From assembly GCA_964633995.1 (NCBI GenBank), contig CAZWKN010000002.1, forward strand, positions 113,119 through 177,118: DNA of 64,000 nt, read 5' to 3'. Under the pieces are notes generated by a model. It worked only from the letters and a program-made list of their open reading frames with translations, searched no databases and had not been told where the DNA came from. Shown in pieces: positions 56,620-64,000 of the stretch. Source of the DNA: an uncultured Gammaproteobacteria bacterium. Lineage in GTDB: Bacteria; Patescibacteriota; Microgenomatia; CAZETR01; Amesbacteraceae. The first letter of the stretch is position 1; every line of letters starts with the position of its first letter. Position numbers and translations under genes: made by a program.

Positions 56620-57560
56620 GAGAGCTTTAGTTCTTGGTGATAATTTTCAAAATAACGGGAAACATACTGTGAAATAGAATATTCGTGAGTCATGGTACCA
56701 TATTTTTCTACAGTGTAAACAGCGGAAACCGATCCCATCTGGCCGCAAGTTTGCAAATCAAAGCCCCGAATAAGCCCTGCGACAAAACCCCCCCTAAAAG
56801 CATCTCCTGCTCCGGTGGGGTCCAAAGAATTTTCTGGGGATGCGGGGGCTATTTCAAAACGGGCAGACGGTGTTTCAATAATGGAACCTTTTTGGCCAAG
56901 TGTGGTAATCAAAATTGGAACTGATTTAACAAGTGCTGAATGGGAAACGGAAAGCTTTTTTTCGATAAGTGATATTTCGTAATCATTGCCTATTAAAATA
57001 TAGGCCCCGGAGGCTAAATCTTTGAGATCCTTTTTGGTAAACGCGTCTATTTGGAAAGCTGGATCAAATAAATATGGTATTTTTTTGTCTTGACATTCTA
57101 GTCCATATTTTTTCATTGCCTCCGGGCTAGTCGGAGCGAGAATGGCAAGTTCGGGACGGGGGTTGATAGTATTTATGGACAAGTCGTTAGCATATTTGGT
57201 AGCACCGGCATAAAACGACCCTATTTGATTGTCGTCCTGGTCTGTAACTACAAAGTAAGAGCCCGTAGTAACGTCCGGAAATGTTTGAATGTAAACTGTG
57301 GAGATCTTTCGATTTTCCAGAAATTTAAGATATGGTGCAAAGTCGTTACCAGCCGGAGCAACAATATATGGATTGACGCCCAAGAGTTTCAAATTGTATG
57401 CAATATTGCCTGCAGTACCCCCCAATTGCTTTTCCAACTTATTGACCAAAAAACTTAGGGAAATTTTGTGTATCTTATCCGGCATGATCCTATCCGCAAA
57501 GCGGCCAGGAAAATCCATGATGTAGTCAAACCCCAACGTACCCGTTACAACCACACACAT
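56616..57560 (-). CDS. PfkB-family carbohydrate/nucleoside kinase, most likely adenosine kinase
   Basis: [12 protein letters not shown]-terminal motif and [18 protein letters not shown]-terminal PfkB signature. Start and stop overlap ahcY (ATGA), which suggests an SAH-to-adenosine-to-AMP couple. Confidence 0.8.
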   Translation of the reverse strand: MCVVVTGTLGFDYIMDFPGRFADRIMPDKIHKISLSFLVNKLEKQLGGTAGNIAYNLKLLGVNPYIVAPAGNDFAPYLKFLENRKISTVYIQTFPDVTTGSYFVVTDQDDNQIGSFYAGATKYANDLSINTINPRPELAILAPTSPEAMKKYGLECQDKKIPYLFDPAFQIDAFTKKDLKDLASGAYILIGNDYEISLIEKKLSVSHSALVKSVPILITTLGQKGSIIETPSARFEIAPASPENSLDPTGAGDAFRGGFVAGLIRGFDLQTCGQMGSVSAVYTVEKYGTMTHEYSISQYVSRYFENYHQELKLS

Positions 57561-57569
57561 ATCAAAAGA

Positions 57570-59204
57570 TTATATACGTTTAACTAAAAAATACACCAGA
57601 CACAAAACAGCCCCAAGTGAAACTAAGTTACTTAAAATCCGAATAGGTGTGTCGGTAAACCTGGCCACCAGATCGTGACTGCCCGGGGAAACTGTTAACT
57701 GCATACGACCAAGCAATTTGTCCGAAGTGTGATCAACTGTAACCTCTTTTCCATCTAACCATATTTTCCAACCGGGAAAATAAAACGTCTGAAGTTCGAT
57801 AGTGGTGGGTAGTGAATCAATGTTGACTCGATAATGTTGAAGATTGGACTTTTTGGAGATTCTAGTAAAGCTCCCTTGTCCAAAAATGTTTATGTCATCC
57901 CCTGCCTGATCAGGCGGAGGCAGTTTGGCTGATATGGGCAAATAATCGAAAATACTGGCAGTAATTAGAGCTTGCCAGGATTTGCCTGAAAACTTTTCTT
58001 GGTCAGTCATGGTGGGAAACCACTTGTCTGGATGGAAATAATTGGCGTTTAATAAGAGGAGAAGAGTTAAAGAGCAGGAGAGTATAAGTTTATTTTTTGT
58101 AAGTAAGGCAAAAGCTCCCGCAAGAAACGAAGCAGAAAAAGCTGCCAGAGTCATAAATCTCCAAGGAAATTGTAGGTATTGAATAGGCGGAATTAGTTTC
58201 CAAATAAATGTTGATTTCGAGTGGGCCATGAACAAGCTACCAAGAACACACATGGCAAGAAACAAGATCGTAAACTTGTGATCCTTGAGTTGTTTTACAA
58301 ACGGCAAAGAAACTAAGACAATAGTTGGGACAATCCAATGCAGAAAGCCTAAGGCGAAACTCATGCCATCTTTTGGCCCCAACAGAGATGGGCCATAGCC
58401 CCAGTTAATGTTAAAAAATAGTTGATTTAGATCCGCAAAGTGGGCTAGGTAGTTGAAATAGCCAACAACAATAGACTCGACGTGAGCAAACTTGGCTTCT
58501 AATAAAACTGGGATAGTAAAAAATGCGGCCAGGCATAGCGCTAAGACCGCAGAGAACGCTAAAGACACATATGTCGTAAAGCTGGACCTAAACCTTATAA
58601 GCCAAAACAGACACCAAATAATTAAAACCGGAGCAAAAATCATAAGCATGGGATTGTGAGACAGCATTAAACACGCGACCGACACTCCAACCCCCACAAT
58701 CCAATACCTCACCCCAGTTTTTATTAAACGATAGGTGGTCCAGAAGATAAGCGGGTAAAAGGCCATGGCCCAAAACTCGTTCATCGCCCCTCTGACATAA
58801 AAATCGACAGAATGATACGGAGCGTAGGTATAAAAGGCTGCTGAGATTAGTCCTCCGGTTCTACCCCAAAACTCTTTGCCCAATAAATACATATTTATTG
58901 CGCAGATGCCAAACCCCAATATCCCAACTAGTTTTACAATGTCGATATATTGTAGATTTAACAATCTGAATGGCTGACCAATTAGATAAGGCAAGGGAGG
59001 GTAATAATTAAACAGAGGATACCCGTACCCATAGCCCATATCCGGAACCCAACGGCAAGGAATTTGGTAGTCCTTAAAGCATTTGTCCAGTTGATATTGG
59101 CGCATTGATTGTAAGTCGTCGTGCATGGTGAAATATCCTGGTTGCATCAACCAGGATATTGCCGGTAAAATTAAAAGTAGGAGCCAAAAAAAATCTTTTT
59201 TCAT
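57570..59204 (-). CDS. 'PTPS-related/YfhO-like' polytopic membrane protein; paralog C of 3
   Basis: GYFTMHDDLQSMRQYQLDKCFKDYQIPCRWVPDMGYGYGYPLFNYYPPLPY. Confidence 0.45.
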   Translation of the reverse strand: MKKDFFWLLLLILPAISWLMQPGYFTMHDDLQSMRQYQLDKCFKDYQIPCRWVPDMGYGYGYPLFNYYPPLPYLIGQPFRLLNLQYIDIVKLVGILGFGICAINMYLLGKEFWGRTGGLISAAFYTYAPYHSVDFYVRGAMNEFWAMAFYPLIFWTTYRLIKTGVRYWIVGVGVSVACLMLSHNPMLMIFAPVLIIWCLFWLIRFRSSFTTYVSLAFSAVLALCLAAFFTIPVLLEAKFAHVESIVVGYFNYLAHFADLNQLFFNINWGYGPSLLGPKDGMSFALGFLHWIVPTIVLVSLPFVKQLKDHKFTILFLAMCVLGSLFMAHSKSTFIWKLIPPIQYLQFPWRFMTLAAFSASFLAGAFALLTKNKLILSCSLTLLLLLNANYFHPDKWFPTMTDQEKFSGKSWQALITASIFDYLPISAKLPPPDQAGDDINIFGQGSFTRISKKSNLQHYRVNIDSLPTTIELQTFYFPGWKIWLDGKEVTVDHTSDKLLGRMQLTVSPGSHDLVARFTDTPIRILSNLVSLGAVLCLVYFLVKRI

Positions 59205-60715
59205 TTGCCTGTGTTTAACTGGAAAAATAACAGATATTCTCTTTGGCCGATGGGAGACGTAGCTTTGGGATAACTTCCCAAGAGTTTGAGACCTAGGCTT
59301 TGGGGATCGGGAATGAAAAACCGGGTGGAATTTACAACGACAAACACCTGATTATCCTTTTGGGCGGTAATAAGTTTTTGGTCTATTGACGAAATTGAAG
59401 TCCCTATGCCGATTACCCGAACATTGGGCACGTCGTTTAAATATAATTGAAGAGCATTGAATGGGGTTCCAAAAAAACCCTCAGACCCTATAAGGACCGG
59501 GCCGGATTTTGCAAAGTTTCTCAACGAGTCGGCAACTTCTTTTAGTCCATATCCCGAGGTCCAGCCTTCCAAATACCCTTCCCGCTCTATTCTGGGCAAG
59601 GCCACAGAAGCAGGCTTTGAGATTAGTAGATAATCTATCCATATTGATGGCAGAATAAGCAAAAGGACCCCCACAAACACCAGTAAATGTTTCTGCGTTC
59701 TCTGACCTAGATGTTCCAATCCATGACTAATTAAAACGACAGCAAAGGGAACGGTGAAAAATATATACCTGGCGGTAAACGCTTTGGCAATCAACGACTG
59801 AGCAATGATTGGACACAGAAGCCAGAGTGAAGTTACACACCTGCTTTTCCAGTGAGAAAATCTGCCGCCCAACATTCCCCAGAAAAGAAACAACAGTCCG
59901 ACCGGTGTTACTAAATAAAAATAGAATTCGATGGAATCCTTAAGATGGGGAATCAGGGGATCCGATGGGTGTTTGAGTATATCCGAAAAACTAAAGACAT
60001 AATCTGCGTTGCGAAGTGCAATCATATGAAACTCTGGTCCAAGTCTTAGGATGTTGTACATACCAAAAGAAATGGTGAATGTCGCAAGAAACAAGAGACA
60101 AGAAACAAGAAAATTTTTCCAAGTTAATTTTGGCAAAAATATCAGAAGTGACGGTAAGAGGATAAGTGCAAACAATGCGGGCGATTTAGTAAGCCAAGCA
60201 AATCCAAAAGCGAAACCAGCTAGCATTGCGAAATCGAGACGCAGTTTACTAAACGAAATGTACATCAAATCAAAACCCCAAACCATGAACATGGCCAATA
60301 AACTATCTGCTAGTGCTAAACGGTTGAAAAAAACAGCAAACGGGATAACTGCCCACAATACGGAAGCCAGAAGTGTTAGCCGAGAATTTTTAAAAAGCAT
60401 TTGGGCCATGAGAGCGATACCCAATAGCGTGCCAATGCCAGACAAAGCCGAAAATGTTCTGGCGGCAACTAGCGGATCTGAAATTAATTTCAGAAACGGA
60501 ATAGTGGCCCACATGTACAACGGTTGTTTGCCGTCAGAGAGCGGCAAAAACCTGAGGGACGGCTCGACTCGCATGACTTGCGACCAGCGAATATAAATAG
60601 ATTCATCGGCAAAAATGGGGAAGGAGCCCAAGTTTGCAAACCTTAGTACTGTTGCCAACAGCAGGATTAAAAATCCAATAGTTAATACTTTTAAACTAGG
60701 TTTCATAAAACTCAA
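59201..60715 (-). CDS. GT-C fold membrane glycosyltransferase, ArnT/PMT-like (GT83/GT39-type)
   Basis: LGSFPIFADESIYIRWSQVM first-loop acidic motif; about 12 TM helices. Confidence 0.65.
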   Translation of the reverse strand: MSFMKPSLKVLTIGFLILLLATVLRFANLGSFPIFADESIYIRWSQVMRVEPSLRFLPLSDGKQPLYMWATIPFLKLISDPLVAARTFSALSGIGTLLGIALMAQMLFKNSRLTLLASVLWAVIPFAVFFNRLALADSLLAMFMVWGFDLMYISFSKLRLDFAMLAGFAFGFAWLTKSPALFALILLPSLLIFLPKLTWKNFLVSCLLFLATFTISFGMYNILRLGPEFHMIALRNADYVFSFSDILKHPSDPLIPHLKDSIEFYFYLVTPVGLLFLFWGMLGGRFSHWKSRCVTSLWLLCPIIAQSLIAKAFTARYIFFTVPFAVVLISHGLEHLGQRTQKHLLVFVGVLLLILPSIWIDYLLISKPASVALPRIEREGYLEGWTSGYGLKEVADSLRNFAKSGPVLIGSEGFFGTPFNALQLYLNDVPNVRVIGIGTSISSIDQKLITAQKDNQVFVVVNSTRFFIPDPQSLGLKLLGSYPKATSPIGQREYLLFFQLNTGK

Positions 60716-60755
60716 AAAATCTAAACTTCAAAAACTCAAAGCAAACATCAAATAA

Positions 60756-61256
60756 TTAAATAATAACCATTATAAGTATAGCCGAAATTAGCAAGACTAT
60801 TTCTAACACAACATTCGCCTTTGCCTTTTTAAGATAATTACTGATTATCATTTTATTGCCAGCGACCCGTTTTTCTTTTGAAGTAAATGTCGTGAAGGGA
60901 TAACCCCAGTTAATTTGAGGATAGCTACTTACTTCCTGAAGCCCTAGTTTACAAAACCAATATCCGATGTCATCTAATATTAGATGAAGCAATAGTGAAG
61001 CTAATATTAAAATGTTAAAATCAAAAAAGTATGAAAAAACAACCCATGCCACAATAGCAAACAGGGGGGTATGGGTTATCAAATCATGGTGTTGGTCCCC
61101 TCTTTTTCCAGTTACAAACCCCACCAGTAAATCTAAATCCAAGACATTTCCAAAAACAATTATTTTAAAAAGATCCATTGAAGAAGGTTCGTATCCAAAC
61201 AGCCGTGGCGACTGGGCCAAGATGTAGGACGCGGCTATGTGGCCAATGAATAGCAT
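60756..61256 (-). CDS. Small integral membrane protein, DUF457/YdjM-like metal-dependent hydrolase family (tentative)
   Basis: Probable start M28 MLFIGHIAASYIL...; His/Asp-rich DQHHDLITHT; four TM segments. Track ORF starts at 61337 and would overlap the upstream gene by 77 nt. Confidence 0.4.
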   Translation of the reverse strand: MLFIGHIAASYILAQSPRLFGYEPSSMDLFKIIVFGNVLDLDLLVGFVTGKRGDQHHDLITHTPLFAIVAWVVFSYFFDFNILILASLLLHLILDDIGYWFCKLGLQEVSSYPQINWGYPFTTFTSKEKRVAGNKMIISNYLKKAKANVVLEIVLLISAILIMVII

Positions 61257-61260
61257 GTAT

Positions 61261-61617
61261 TTATTGAATATCTGTTTTTTTGATAATACTGGTAAGGATG
61301 TAGGTGAGTTCTTTAGATTCTTGAAGAAGAGCATCAAACTCTAGGTCGGTAAATTCTACTGCCTCTTTGAGACCGGCAATCCAGATGGAAAACTCCCTTA
61401 GTTCTTTGCGGGATGTTTTTAGACATTTGACAAAATCTTTTTTGCTCATGGCCTCACTGGCTTCACAATAATTTGCGCCAGCTGAACCCGAAGACGAGAC
61501 CAACTGGGGAATTAGGCGGGCTGTTAGTGGTGTAACTTTAATCTTCTTACAAAGCCTAATTGTTCGTAGGTGAAAACTTTTAAATCTTTCTTCAAGATTT
61601 TGGATTTTATTTTCCAT
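61261..61617 (-). CDS. Four-helix-bundle protein ('23S rRNA intervening-sequence protein' family, TIGR02436/PF05635-like)
   Basis: 118 aa; ...PQLVSSSGSAGANYCEASEAMSKKDFVKCLKTSRKELREFSIWI... matches the family hallmark (S-GANI-EG...S-KDF-..L.IA.GS..E). Confidence 0.65.
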   Translation of the reverse strand: MENKIQNLEERFKSFHLRTIRLCKKIKVTPLTARLIPQLVSSSGSAGANYCEASEAMSKKDFVKCLKTSRKELREFSIWIAGLKEAVEFTDLEFDALLQESKELTYILTSIIKKTDIQ

Positions 61618-62390
61618 TATTTTGCACTTTGCGTTTTTGATTTTTTGAGTTTTTCGTCATATCTACCAAGTATATCGTACAGGCGAATTTTAAAGGTGTC
61701 GATTGCCATCTGAAGAGGTTCTTTCCAAATATTAAGTCTGTCTGAATAATATTTGATCCAATCCACTGACACTTGATCTATCTTAAACCCATATTTTTTA
61801 GATAAAAAGAGGGCTTCGACATCAAACGCACCCATATATCCTCCAACCGTTTGTCCTTTGGGCAGACAGACCAAAAGATTGGTAAAAACTTTTTTTGCAG
61901 CTTGTGACGAAAAAGATTTAAACCCACACTGCGAATCCTTAATTCCAGGAATAGCGACAAGCTGGACCAAGGTCACAAATGCCAAACTACGGATTTTTCG
62001 AATTAAAGTGTCGTTTTGCGTTTGGGTGCGAACCCCAATTACGACATCTGCGCCCGATTTATGCGCGTCCAAAAATTTGGAAATTTGGCTCATGGGAGTC
62101 GACTGATCAAAGTCCGTGAACAAAACATACTCTCCGATAGCGGCCAATACACCGGCTGTCACAGCAGCCGCCTTTCCACCATGGGGTATTTGCATCACAC
62201 GAATGTTTTTTGCTTTTAGTTCAGACAAAAGGTTATAAGTGTCGTCTGTTGAACCGTCGTCGACAATAATCAATTCCCAAGAATATTTTTGATTTTTTAG
62301 ATAGGTCAGTGGTTCGTCTAAAACTCCATTTTTAAAATTTTCCGCCTCGTTGTAAGCTGGGATGACCACCGAAAGTAATGGTTGGGTCAT
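61617..62390 (-). CDS. Polyprenyl-phosphate glycosyltransferase (DPM1/GtrB-like GT2)
   Basis: LSVVIPAYNEAENF...ELIIVDDGSTDDT...HGGKAAAVTAG...VLFTDFDQSTP. Confidence 0.85.
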   Translation of the reverse strand: MTQPLLSVVIPAYNEAENFKNGVLDEPLTYLKNQKYSWELIIVDDGSTDDTYNLLSELKAKNIRVMQIPHGGKAAAVTAGVLAAIGEYVLFTDFDQSTPMSQISKFLDAHKSGADVVIGVRTQTQNDTLIRKIRSLAFVTLVQLVAIPGIKDSQCGFKSFSSQAAKKVFTNLLVCLPKGQTVGGYMGAFDVEALFLSKKYGFKIDQVSVDWIKYYSDRLNIWKEPLQMAIDTFKIRLYDILGRYDEKLKKSKTQSAK

Positions 62391-63136
62391 ACTTTATAAA
62401 CACCGGTAAGTGAGCGGAGGCGGACGAGGAAGAGACCTTTGAGACCGGCAATCATGTCTTTGGCAAACGAAACCCGACGCGATTCCTGATACCTCCAGGC
62501 AACTGGGATTTCGGCAATTTTGTAACCTAATTTGCGGCCCAAATAGAGCATTTCTACATCAAAACCCGGAGTAACCGCGGGGCCAGTTATTACCTGTGGC
62601 GGATTTAATTTGTTCATCATGGTAAAAATCTTTTGAACCGCCTCACTTGAAAAGGCCTTAAACCCACATTGAGTGTCATTAAATGGTAATCGAAGGATAA
62701 TTGCGCGGACAAGAACTTGTCCTAGGGCCAGAACCTGTCTAAACAGCGGCGCGCCTTCTCGCCCAGCCCTTGAGCCAATGACGATGCTGTACCCTTCTTT
62801 AAATTTCGGTAATAATTTGTCGAGCTCGCCGATTGGGGTAGCTTGGTCCATGTCTGTAAATAAAATAATTTTCCCGCGAGCTGCCAATGCTCCAGTAATC
62901 ACGGTCGCAGCCTTACCCATGTGAGGATTATCAATGACTCGAACTTCTGGTTTTTTCAAAGCAAATTCATGTAGAAGTTTGGAGGTAGCGTCGGTAGATC
63001 CGTCATTGACTAAAATTACTTCCCAGGTAAAGTCTTTTGTCTTTAAAAAATCTATGACCACATTAAGAGATCCACGCTGAAAATTGTCTTCCTCGTTGTA
63101 GGCCGGAATTATTATTGACAAATACGGGTCGGTCAT
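62387..63136 (-). CDS. Polyprenyl-phosphate glycosyltransferase (DPM1/GtrB-like GT2); tandem paralog
   Basis: Probable start M18: MTDPYLSIIIPAYNEEDNF...EVILVNDGSTDAT...HMGKAATVITG...ILFTDMDQATP. Confidence 0.85.
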   Translation of the reverse strand: MTDPYLSIIIPAYNEEDNFQRGSLNVVIDFLKTKDFTWEVILVNDGSTDATSKLLHEFALKKPEVRVIDNPHMGKAATVITGALAARGKIILFTDMDQATPIGELDKLLPKFKEGYSIVIGSRAGREGAPLFRQVLALGQVLVRAIILRLPFNDTQCGFKAFSSEAVQKIFTMMNKLNPPQVITGPAVTPGFDVEMLYLGRKLGYKIAEIPVAWRYQESRRVSFAKDMIAGLKGLFLVRLRSLTGVYKV

Positions 63137-63999
63137 TTTGTAAATCCAAACATGGGATCGGTAATGTTGGCATCTGGGCCAGAACAACTCAAATTCACGT
63201 CATTTTGATTATATCGTTTATAGTCGGGGTAGATCAAACCCAGAGCTCCAAACGACTTATCAATCTTGTCTACGAGGCTGTGGGGAAAGACTATGGAGTA
63301 CACGGGGCTGCTGCTACTGGGCTGGTTTACGTGCAATTTGGCAAGCCAGAAGAAATACCGGTAGCCTAAATTGTAACCGGGGTTGGTTATATACGACACA
63401 GAAACACATGGGTAGCCATGGATTCTGGCATCTGAAGAGATGAAAGATACTAGGGCTTTTTTTTCAATATATCCGTTATGGTTGATGTTGACATCAAGCA
63501 GGGCGCGTACATTGACGAAACAGTAGACGGCCAGAATGGCGTAGCCAGACAACTTAAGATTTGGCGATGATATCAGGAAATTGATGAACAATGCAGAAGC
63601 AGCTATCCATAGTACATTAAGACCATCTAAATAATATTCGGATAAATTTAGGGGTTGAAAATAAAAAAATACAAAGTATAGGAAAATCCAAACACCAAAC
63701 AACATTGGAGTATAACTCGGGAGTCGTTTTTTTAGCGTCAGAATGAGCACGGTGAGCAGGAATGTTCCGGGAACAATAAAGGGGTTAATTTTTTCATCTA
63801 AATTTGTGGCGATATTTCTATTGGCGTTTCTGTTGGCGTAAAGCACGATATGCCCAAGTTTTTGTATGAATGTTTGAGGCTTGGGCGTTACTTTCTTTGA
63901 GGTAAACATCGCCAAGGCCGATTTGGTCTGTGAAAAACCGTGACGGTATTCAAAGATAACAAGAGGCAACGACAAAACCAAAAACAAAAGTGCAGGCAA
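63133..63999 (-). CDS. Polytopic membrane protein, 5' end truncated by the window edge; probably another GT-C-type enzyme
   Basis: Hydrophobic segments throughout; upstream of the tandem polyprenyl-P sugar synthases with a 4-nt overlap. Confidence 0.45.
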   Translation of the reverse strand: MPALLFLVLSLPLVIFEYRHGFSQTKSALAMFTSKKVTPKPQTFIQKLGHIVLYANRNANRNIATNLDEKINPFIVPGTFLLTVLILTLKKRLPSYTPMLFGVWIFLYFVFFYFQPLNLSEYYLDGLNVLWIAASALFINFLISSPNLKLSGYAILAVYCFVNVRALLDVNINHNGYIEKKALVSFISSDARIHGYPCVSVSYITNPGYNLGYRYFFWLAKLHVNQPSSSSPVYSIVFPHSLVDKIDKSFGALGLIYPDYKRYNQNDVNLSCSGPDANITDPMFGFTK

Positions 64000-64000
64000 A

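Noticed and set aside
60716-60755. A-rich 40-bp spacer with quasi-repeats (aactcaaaaaat / aaaaactcaaag)
   Set aside because: Too short and low-complexity to call a repeat element or riboswitch. It is more likely an AT-rich promoter or RBS spacer.
1-64000. Searched for CRISPR arrays, tRNAs, integrases/transposases, toxin-antitoxin or defense-system hallmarks (nuclease, ATPase, helicase motifs)
   Set aside because: No direct-repeat array, no long non-coding stretch and no ORF with recognisable nuclease, recombinase or Walker-type motifs were seen. The novelty here appears to be in glycan biosynthesis rather than a defense or mobile system.

Overview
The window is AT-rich and almost entirely coding (~57 genes with no long non-coding stretch). 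I found no tRNA, rRNA, CRISPR array, transposase/integrase or recognisable transcription factor. Almost every gene belongs to cell-surface glycan biosynthesis, and the region reads as one very large glycosylation locus. By motif it holds 15 GT2 (GT-A fold, DxD) glycosyltransferases, four of them polyprenyl-phosphate-sugar synthases (DPM1/GtrB-like), plus 4 GT4 (GT-B fold) glycosyltransferases. It also holds about 22 polytopic membrane proteins that look like GT-C-fold enzymes. These fall into six paralogous PMT/ArnT-like (GT39/GT83-type) genes, three paralogs of a 'PTPS-related/YfhO-like' family, five smaller DUF2029/GT87-like genes and several unclassified large membrane proteins. Other members are five class I SAM methyltransferases (one fused to a zinc ribbon and an APH/choline-kinase-like phosphotransferase domain), a NodU/CmcH-type carbamoyltransferase, an SDR oxidoreductase, a Wzx-type flippase beside a possible polymerase, and a signal-peptide secreted protein. 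Embedded in the same run of genes is an S-adenosylhomocysteine hydrolase + PfkB (adenosine) kinase pair. Most genes run on the minus strand from 607 to 45035 with 4-nt ATGA-type start/stop overlaps. A plus-strand five-gene block of membrane proteins (45078..52309) diverges from a 42-bp spacer, and a second minus-strand block follows (52245..63999). The main signals are the expanded GT-C repertoire fed by four lipid-phospho-sugar synthases, the methylation (with local SAH recycling) and carbamoylation chemistry, a three-domain MTase-kinase fusion, and a 30-nt GT2 gene-fragment scar. Dense glycosylation content, a four-helix-bundle '23S IVS' protein and tight packing suggest an uncultivated (possibly CPR/Patescibacteria-like) bacterium, but that is inference only. 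All assignments come from motif-level reading of the supplied translations, not from database searches.
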